DNA of 32,000 nucleotides from Cupriavidus necator. Its GTDB lineage: Bacteria > Pseudomonadota > Gammaproteobacteria > Burkholderiales > Burkholderiaceae. Shown one piece after another: positions 25,820 through 32,000 of the stretch. Location: the NCBI RefSeq assembly GCF_016127575.1, contig NZ_CP066020.1, positions 420,001 through 452,000 of the forward strand, written 5' to 3'. The notes below the pieces were generated by a model. It had not been told where the DNA came from. It worked only from the letters and a program-made list of their open reading frames with translations, and did not search any database. The translations under genes were made by a program, and so were the position numbers. Position 1 is the stretch's first letter. Every line of letters starts with the position of its first letter.

Positions 25820-26797
25820 TCAATCGAGCGACACACCGGAAAGTTTCACGCGTTCGCTCTGGATTCTTCGGTCTTGTGCCAGAAAATCCTTGAAGGCCGC
25901 TGGTGTGGAGCCCACCGCGACATAGGAGAACGCATCGATATACTTTCTCCGGAAGTCTGGAGACTGGACGATGCGGCTGACGTCAGAGGAAATCTTCTCC
26001 ACTAGCGCGGTCGGCGTGCCATGCGGCGCCACAAGGCCGATATTGAAGACCGCATTGATCTCCTTGATCCCTAACTCCTTGAAGGTGGGCACATCGGGCA
26101 GCGCCGCCGAGCGCGTGTCCGCCGAGACGGCGAGGGCCTTGAGCGCGCCCGACTTGACGTGCTGCTCGATCACCGAGACGCCGAGCACGGCGGCATCGAT
26201 CTGCCCTGAGATCACTTCTGGGATCAGTGGCGCGGCACCCTTGTAAGGGACGTGCACCATGGTCAGATTCTCGTTATGCGTGAACATCGCCATGGGTAGG
26301 TGCGCGATGCCGCCGGCGCCAGAGGAGCCGTAGGTCATCGGCTTGCTTGCCGAAACCTTCTTCGCGAGCGCGATGAACTCCTTGAGTGAATTGGCGGGCG
26401 AGGTCTTCGGCACGAAGAACACCAACGGTAGTGCCACGAGTCGCGACACCTCGGCAAAGTCCTTGTCTGGGCTGTACGGCAGCTTCTTGTACAGGAATTG
26501 GTTCATGGTTAGCGCAGCTTCCGTGCCAGCAAACAGCGTGTAGCCGTCCGGCGCGCTCTTGGCGACGAACTCGGCGCCGATGATTTCATTGGCGCCAGGC
26601 TTGTTCAGCACCACCACCGGCTGCTTCCACGCATCGGCAAGCCGTGGCGTGAGCCCTCGCACGAAGCTGTCCACCGGCCCGCCGGCCGAGTACGGCACGA
26701 CGATGGTCACCGGCTTGCTCGGGAAGCTCTGTGCCGCTGCGGTGCCGGCAACCGTTAGGGCGACCAGCATGCCGGTCAGTCTGATAAGGGATTGCAT
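25820..26797 (-). CDS. Bug/TctC-family periplasmic solute-binding protein
   Basis: Preferred start is ATG 26797 (AGGAGA Shine-Dalgarno): MQSLIRLTGMLVALTVAGTAAAQSFPSKPVTIVVPYSAGGPVD.... HVPYKGAAPLIPEVISGQID is also present. Confidence 0.9.
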   Translation of the reverse strand: MQSLIRLTGMLVALTVAGTAAAQSFPSKPVTIVVPYSAGGPVDSFVRGLTPRLADAWKQPVVVLNKPGANEIIGAEFVAKSAPDGYTLFAGTEAALTMNQFLYKKLPYSPDKDFAEVSRLVALPLVFFVPKTSPANSLKEFIALAKKVSASKPMTYGSSGAGGIAHLPMAMFTHNENLTMVHVPYKGAAPLIPEVISGQIDAAVLGVSVIEQHVKSGALKALAVSADTRSAALPDVPTFKELGIKEINAVFNIGLVAPHGTPTALVEKISSDVSRIVQSPDFRRKYIDAFSYVAVGSTPAAFKDFLAQDRRIQSERVKLSGVSLD

Positions 26798-26926
26798 GGT
26801 GTCTCCTGGTGTTCGTCTGGGGTTGCAATGCGCCACCGCACGGGCGGTCGCGGACAGGGGCCCCGATTCTGCGATCGGATACCCCGCTGAAACGGATCAA
26901 GGGGAGAGCGGCGATGTGGCGCGCGC

Positions 26927-27412
26927 TCAGGCTGCCTGGGCGTCGCGCTTGAGCACCAGCACGTCGGTCGTGCCGTCCTGGATCACGCCACCGGTCTGGT
27001 CGATTAACTGCAGTCGCCGGTTCACGCGCCCTACGCGCTTGCTGGTGCCGGCCTCTGTTTCTAGGATCTCCATTCTGAGCCGCAGCGTCTGGCCAACGAA
27101 AATCGGGGCCGCGAAGGTCCAGTTCTGCAGCGACATCATGGCCACGGCTGATTTGTCAAAGACTCCGAGCTGATGCAGCATGCCGGTGGCCAGTGCGATG
27201 CCTAGCGCACCGTGGACCACACGTTGTCCGAAGCGCGTGCCCCTGGCGAATTCCGCGTCGGCATGGATCGGATTCCAGTCTCCAGACAGCATTGAGAACA
27301 TCGTCAGGTCGGTCTCGGTGATGGTGCGGCCAGTGCTCTCGAACACCTGCCCGCGAAGGAAATCCTCGAAATAAAGCGTAGTCGGCATGAAATTTTTCCG
27401 GAAGGGGTTCAC
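26927..27412 (-). CDS. MaoC-family (R)-specific enoyl-CoA hydratase/dehydratase (hot-dog fold)
   Basis: 161 aa. FSMLSGDWNPIHADAEFARGTRFGQRVVHGALGIALATG is the MaoC hydratase motif. The GTG start overlaps the upstream stop (GTGA); ATG 27388 is an alternative. Confidence 0.8.
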   Translation of the reverse strand: MNPFRKNFMPTTLYFEDFLRGQVFESTGRTITETDLTMFSMLSGDWNPIHADAEFARGTRFGQRVVHGALGIALATGMLHQLGVFDKSAVAMMSLQNWTFAAPIFVGQTLRLRMEILETEAGTSKRVGRVNRRLQLIDQTGGVIQDGTTDVLVLKRDAQAA

Positions 27413-29016
27413 GCGCCGGCGGCCGGGACAGGTTCCGCCAGCCGCGCCAGTGCCAGGTCGCGCAGCCTGTTGCGCTGGGTCTTCACGCCGTTGGAGCTCA
27501 GCGTGACCGGATAGGCATCGACGAACCAGACACGCGCGGGCACTTTGAACGGCGCCACTTGGGCGCGCATCTGGGCCATGACATCGGCCTCGGCTAGCCG
27601 GGTACCGTCGGTGAGGATCAGAAAAGCGACCACGCGGGTCTGCCCATCGATTTCCACGGCGACCACTTGCGCATCGGCGACACCCTCGAAGCGCTTGAGC
27701 ACGGCCTCGATTTCGACCGGGTTGACCAGGAACCCGCCCAGGCGAATCGCATCGCCCATGCGCGTTTCATACACGAAAGTGCCGTCGGCGCGTAGATGGC
27801 CAAGGTCGCCGGTTCGGAAAAAGCCGTCGGGACGTATCGCTTCAGCGGTGGCGTCCTGATCGTGGTCATACCCCAGGAACAAGCTCGGTGCGCTGATCTC
27901 AATCTCGCCGGACTGTCCAGCTGGCAGCAACGCCCCCGTCTGGACATCACGGATGCGCACGGTGGCCTCGCCCCGTGCCACCGGGAGGCCGCCTCCTTCG
28001 ATGCGCGCCTGCGCCGGCAGCGTCATCGGCTGGCAGGAAAACAATGCGAGGACTTCGCTCGATCCGTACAGCCCTGCGAGTGGAATGCCCCGTACGCAAG
28101 CCTCGCTGGCATATTCGGAGAAGCTTGAAGTAAATGCACCGAAGCCGAATAGCCGCGCGGCCGGAAATGGCCGGTCCGCCGGTGCCGTGTCCAGGATGCG
28201 GCGATACATCTCATCGCTGCCGAATGTGTGCGTGACACGCTGGTCAGCCAGCAGCCTGGCGGCCTGAGGCCCCTCAAACGTCTCGAGCAGTACCACGGGC
28301 GCGCCCCCCGCGAACGCCGCCAGCACGCCATTCAGCCCGAATACGCCGCAGAACGGCAGCATGGCCAGCATGACCGCACCATCCGCATCCATGCCATAAG
28401 CGTCTGCACAACGCCAGGCATGATCGACGAGCGTGCGTTGGGGGTGCATCACCAGCTTGGGGCCTTTGGTGGTACCCGAGGTCGTGAACAAAATGGCGCA
28501 GGCATTGGGATCGGATTCATCCAGCCCTTGCACCGGCTCGCGCAGATGCAAATCGAAAGGCACCACCGGGCGGCCTAACAGACGGGCGGGCGTTGCCGGA
28601 CTGGCATCCACCACCGCGATGGCTTGCAGCGTGGGCAGCGAGGCGGGATCCATGGCATCGAGAATCCGGGAGAAGTCGATCTTTCGGAAGCCCGGTTGCA
28701 GCACCAGCAGGCGGGCGCCGCTCTTTTCGATGAGGTAGCTCACCTCTTCACTACGATAGCGCGTGTTGACCGACACCAGCGTCGCGCCGACGCGCGCCAG
28801 GGCAAAGAACAGCGCCAGCCATTCGATGCGATTGACGAGCCACACACCTACCCGGTCTCCCTTGCCGATACCCTGGGCGTCCAACCAGGCGACTGTGCGA
28901 CGGCACAGCTGATCGAACTCTGCATGGGTGATGGCGCGCTCACCCTCTATGAATGCGACCGCATCCGGGTGCTCTGCCAGGTGCGCGTCGATCAGGCTCC
29001 ACAGATTCGTCTTCAT
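27409..29016 (-). CDS. AMP-dependent synthetase/ligase (acyl-CoA ligase)
   Basis: Preferred start is ATG 29016 (GGGAGG Shine-Dalgarno): MKTNLWSLIDAHLAEHPDAVAFIEG.... AMP-binding motif ILFTTSGTTKGPKLV, later FFRTGDLG. Confidence 0.85.
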   Translation of the reverse strand: MKTNLWSLIDAHLAEHPDAVAFIEGERAITHAEFDQLCRRTVAWLDAQGIGKGDRVGVWLVNRIEWLALFFALARVGATLVSVNTRYRSEEVSYLIEKSGARLLVLQPGFRKIDFSRILDAMDPASLPTLQAIAVVDASPATPARLLGRPVVPFDLHLREPVQGLDESDPNACAILFTTSGTTKGPKLVMHPQRTLVDHAWRCADAYGMDADGAVMLAMLPFCGVFGLNGVLAAFAGGAPVVLLETFEGPQAARLLADQRVTHTFGSDEMYRRILDTAPADRPFPAARLFGFGAFTSSFSEYASEACVRGIPLAGLYGSSEVLALFSCQPMTLPAQARIEGGGLPVARGEATVRIRDVQTGALLPAGQSGEIEISAPSLFLGYDHDQDATAEAIRPDGFFRTGDLGHLRADGTFVYETRMGDAIRLGGFLVNPVEIEAVLKRFEGVADAQVVAVEIDGQTRVVAFLILTDGTRLAEADVMAQMRAQVAPFKVPARVWFVDAYPVTLSSNGVKTQRNRLRDLALARLAEPVPAAGA

Positions 29017-29090
29017 GCGGCCTCCCATACCATATTGCTGCATTCGCAGCGTGTTGATTGTTGTTCATCCATACACTTGCTGCCGCTTGT

Positions 29091-30626
29091 TCAGATCCTG
29101 CGCCCGGCATGCTGCCAGTAGCCATCGCGCAGCTTGCGCTTGTGTATCTTTCCGCTTTCCTGGCGCGGCAGTTCGGTGCGCAGTTCGATCACCTTCGGCA
29201 CCTTGTAAGCGGCGAGCCGGTCTTTCAGCCACGCACGCATTTCCTCCGGATCCAATCCCGTGCCGTCAGAGGGCTGTACTACTGCCACGACCATTTCGCC
29301 AAACTCTTCGTGGGGCACGCCAAACGCCGCGCAGTCCGCCACGCCCGGCATGCCGGACAGCGCGTCTTCGATTTCGGCCGGGTAGATGTTCACACCGCCG
29401 GAGATCACCATATCGGCCTTGCGGTCGCAGATGAACAGGAAGCCGTCGGCATCCACGTAGCCCATGTCGCCTACGCACGCCAGTCCTTCGCAATCCATCG
29501 CGGCGCGCGCCTCAGGGCGATTGTGGTAGGTAAAGTCCGCATAAGCAGGCTGGCGCACATGGATGTTGCCAACCCCTCCTGTGCCGAGGCGGCAGCCCGC
29601 GTCGCTGTAGATGCGCACCTCGGCCTCGCTCACAGGCCGGCCGACCGACCCGGGCTTGCGGATGGCGTCCGCGGACGAAATCACGGTGATCATGCCCATT
29701 TCGCTGCACGCATACGATTCGTTGATCACTGGCCCCCACCAATTGATCATGGCCTGCTTGATGGCAACGGCAAAGGGCGCGCCTGTACAGGCGACGAAGC
29801 GCACGGACGACAGGTCGTAGCGGTTGCGTACGTGTTGCGGCAACGCCAGCAGGCGTACGCACATGGTGGGCACCAGGTACAGGTGCGTGATGCGATGGCG
29901 CTCGATGGCGCGCAGCGTGGCTTCGGCATCGAAGCGGGGATCCAGCACGACCAGCCCGGTCGCCAGCATGGCCTGCATACCGTAGAGATTGGGGGCGCCG
30001 TGATACAGCGGCGCGGACAGGTACACGCGCGCATCCGCGGAAAAATCGAACACGGCCTTGACGGTATCGCGCAGCAGGCGCGGCTGCTCTGGATGCAGGC
30101 CCTGCGCGAGGCGCCGCACGCCTTTTGGACGTCCAGTAGTGCCGGAGGTATAGGCGAAGCGTCCGCGCGGCCGGTGCGACGGACCGCTGTACGCCGCCTG
30201 TGCGCTGCGCCATGCTTCATAGCGAAGGACGTCTGCCGGCACTTCGCCGGTAACGCGCGAAGTGGGATAAGCCTGCAAGGCCAACGGTTCTGGCGTGACC
30301 GCCAGTACGCGCACCCCTTCCGGGATCGCGGCACGCAATGTTGCTAACAGGTCCGCCTCGATGAACAGGACACAGGCACCGCTGTCCTGCAGGATATAGC
30401 CCAGCTCATCCACGGTGAACCGCCAGTCCACCGGACAGTGATACGCGCCGACGCGGTTGCATGCCAGCGTGATCTCGAACAGCGCGGGCGCGTTGCGAAG
30501 CACGATGGCCACGACATCGTCCTCTCCCACGCCCAGGGCAGCCAGGCCGCCGGCAACCTGCGCGGCGCGGCGTTCGATCTCAGCGCCGTCGAACCGGGCT
30601 TCGCCATATTGCAGTGAGGCTACCAT
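29091..30626 (-). CDS. AMP-dependent synthetase/ligase (acyl-CoA ligase), second copy
   Basis: Preferred start is ATG 30626 (AAGGAGAG Shine-Dalgarno; the track starts at TTG 30629). Motifs FAYTSGTTGRPKGV, GDMGYVDADGFLFICDRKADMVISGGVNIYPAEIE and the final lysine in ...SGKIHKRKLRD. Confidence 0.85.
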   Translation of the reverse strand: MVASLQYGEARFDGAEIERRAAQVAGGLAALGVGEDDVVAIVLRNAPALFEITLACNRVGAYHCPVDWRFTVDELGYILQDSGACVLFIEADLLATLRAAIPEGVRVLAVTPEPLALQAYPTSRVTGEVPADVLRYEAWRSAQAAYSGPSHRPRGRFAYTSGTTGRPKGVRRLAQGLHPEQPRLLRDTVKAVFDFSADARVYLSAPLYHGAPNLYGMQAMLATGLVVLDPRFDAEATLRAIERHRITHLYLVPTMCVRLLALPQHVRNRYDLSSVRFVACTGAPFAVAIKQAMINWWGPVINESYACSEMGMITVISSADAIRKPGSVGRPVSEAEVRIYSDAGCRLGTGGVGNIHVRQPAYADFTYHNRPEARAAMDCEGLACVGDMGYVDADGFLFICDRKADMVISGGVNIYPAEIEDALSGMPGVADCAAFGVPHEEFGEMVVAVVQPSDGTGLDPEEMRAWLKDRLAAYKVPKVIELRTELPRQESGKIHKRKLRDGYWQHAGRRI

Positions 30627-30653
30627 CAACTCTCTCCTTTGCGGTACGTGCAG

Positions 30654-31607
30654 TTATTCTGGCTGCAGCCCGGCGTCCTTCACCAGGCGGCCATGGACCG
30701 CCAGTTGGTGTTTGATCAGACGACCGAACGCTTCAGGTGAAGAAGGCGTCAACGGAAAGCCCAGCCGGTCCATCTGTTCGCGTACCTTCGGATTGTTCAT
30801 CGCGGCAACGAATGCCTGGTTTAGACGGGCCACGACGTCCTTGGGCATGCCCGCCGGCCCGACCAGACCCGCCCACGGCATGATCTCCAAATCCTGCATG
30901 CCTGCCTCGCGCAGCGTCGGCACATCGGGAAGTAGGCTGTTTCGCTGGGCATTGATGGAGACCAGTGCGCGCAGTTTGCCCTCGCGCAGATAGGACGCGC
31001 CGATGGTCGTACCGATCATGGCCTGGGTGCGGCCGGCGATCAGATCCAGCATGGCCGGCGGCTCGCCCTTGTAGGGCACCTGGGTCAGCTCGATGCCTGT
31101 GAGTGTCTTGAAGTGCGAGAACGCGACCACGCCGGTGTTGTTGCCGGTGCCGTAACTCAGCTTGCCGGGATTGGCCTTGGCGTAGGCGAGGAACTCGTTC
31201 AGGTTGCTGGCCGGGACGGCAGGGTTCACGTACAGGAAAAAGCCGAAGCGACCGACATCGGCGATGGGCGTGAAATCGGTCAGCACGTCGTAGGGCGGCT
31301 TCTTGCGCAACGCCGGCACCAACGACAGGTTGCCCGACGTGGCGAGCAGCAAACGGTAGCCGTCCGGTGTCGCTCGGGCCACCTCCTGCGCGGCCACTTG
31401 CCCTTCCGCGCCTGGCTTGTTGTCGATCACGATGGGCTGGCCAAGCTGGGCCGATGCCGCCTGGCCGACCACGCGGGCCACTGTATCCGTCGTTGCGCCG
31501 GCGGGAAAAGGCACCACTAGCGTGATGGGCCTGACGGGATACTCGGCCTGCGCATTCGTTGCGATTGTCGCACTACAAAGCAGTAGCGCGGGTATGATCC
31601 GCTTCAT
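30654..31607 (-). CDS. Bug/TctC-family periplasmic solute-binding protein
   Basis: 317 aa. Signal peptide MKRIIPALLLCSATIATNAQA/EYP, then ITLVVPFPAGATTD and QVPYKGEPPAMLDLIAGRTQ. GGAGGAG Shine-Dalgarno. Confidence 0.9.
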   Translation of the reverse strand: MKRIIPALLLCSATIATNAQAEYPVRPITLVVPFPAGATTDTVARVVGQAASAQLGQPIVIDNKPGAEGQVAAQEVARATPDGYRLLLATSGNLSLVPALRKKPPYDVLTDFTPIADVGRFGFFLYVNPAVPASNLNEFLAYAKANPGKLSYGTGNNTGVVAFSHFKTLTGIELTQVPYKGEPPAMLDLIAGRTQAMIGTTIGASYLREGKLRALVSINAQRNSLLPDVPTLREAGMQDLEIMPWAGLVGPAGMPKDVVARLNQAFVAAMNNPKVREQMDRLGFPLTPSSPEAFGRLIKHQLAVHGRLVKDAGLQPE

Positions 31608-31695
31608 GTCTCCTCCGCCTTTTTAACAAGCAAATCGGGCTTTGGGAGAGTATTGCATCCACTTTTCAGGCACGTAAGCCTGCGCTTGCGCACAG

Positions 31696-31715
31696 GTGCG
31701 TTGCGCGCAGCGCAC
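31696..31715. promoter_or_regulatory. Near-perfect 20-bp palindrome GTGCGTTGCGCGCAGCGCAC in the divergent LysR/Bug intergenic region; possible LysR operator
   Basis: 18/20 self-complementary, preceded by TGCGCTTGCGCA (31681-31692). It lies 18 nt upstream of the LysR ATG. The role is inferred from position only. Confidence 0.25.
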
Positions 31716-31732
31716 CAATCGCTGCTCAAACC

Positions 31733-32000
31733 ATGGAACTCGACGCTTACTTGTTTTTCGCCACGGTTGTGGAATCTGGCAGCTTCATGAATGCTTCGCT
31801 CAAGCTTGGCATTGACCGCTCCAATGTCAGCCGGCGCATCCGTAAGCTGGAGCGCGATGTGGAGGCGCAGCTCGTACGGCGGAGCACGCGCCGCATGAGT
31901 CTGACGGAAATAGGCGAGGCGTTTTACGCGCAATGCGCCGTCATCCGCGCCGAGGTAGAGCGCGCGGACGAACTACTGCACACCTTCGGCACTTCCATCC
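31733..32000 (+). CDS. LysR-family transcriptional regulator, N-terminal 89 codons (runs off the right edge), divergent from the Bug/acyl-CoA ligase operon
   Basis: Not in the ORF track (edge). My translation from ATG 31733: MELDAYLFFATVVESGSFMNASLKLGIDRSNVSRRIRKLERDVEAQLVRRSTRRMSLTEIGEAFYAQCAVIRAEVERADELLHTFGTSI. This is a classical LysR HTH. Confidence 0.85.
   Translation, partial: MELDAYLFFATVVESGSFMNASLKLGIDRSNVSRRIRKLERDVEAQLVRRSTRRMSLTEIGEAFYAQCAVIRAEVERADELLHTFGTSI

Overview
High-G+C proteobacterial DNA. It looks Burkholderiales-like because it carries four Bug/TctC-type solute receptors; that is inference, with no database search possible. The window opens inside the maintenance region of a large low-copy replicon (plasmid, megaplasmid or chromid). 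That region holds a partial Rep_3-type repA (1-906, minus strand, runs off the left edge), an AT-rich tract, and at least 12 copies of a 19-21 bp iteron (CAAGGTCACnAnAnTTGTnC). It also holds a type Ia parA-parB operon, four copies of a 19-bp palindrome (GTGTTCCGAsTCGGAACAC) downstream of parB that I read as candidate parS, and a second small iteron cluster. Near 5.9 kb the G+C content rises visibly. A 618-aa tyrosine recombinase follows, with a dif/cer-like 12-6-12 palindrome about 400 bp upstream of its start. From 8 to 15.6 kb is an accessory mosaic: a roughly 1-kb gene-poor gap, a DUF4160/DUF2442 pair (the first gene frameshifted), four small unknown ORFs, a 15-codon IS110-like relic, a mazEF cassette abutting a doubly truncated Bug gene, an unexplained array of four 21-bp direct repeats, and a PAS-class III nucleotidyl cyclase. 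From 15.6 to 32 kb is catabolic and almost entirely on the minus strand. One string runs MBL hydrolase, LysR regulator, pcaIJ, MFS transporter, EthD, catC. Then come a 5'-truncated, frameshifted group II intron maturase relic and a Bug receptor. Next are catB plus a decayed second catC, then a Bug/two acyl-CoA ligases/MaoC/Bug/nitronate-monooxygenase-like operon with a divergent LysR gene running off the right edge. I found no large uncharacterised protein system. The most interesting signals are cis-acting repeat families and a candidate recombination site. No rRNA, tRNA or CRISPR was seen.
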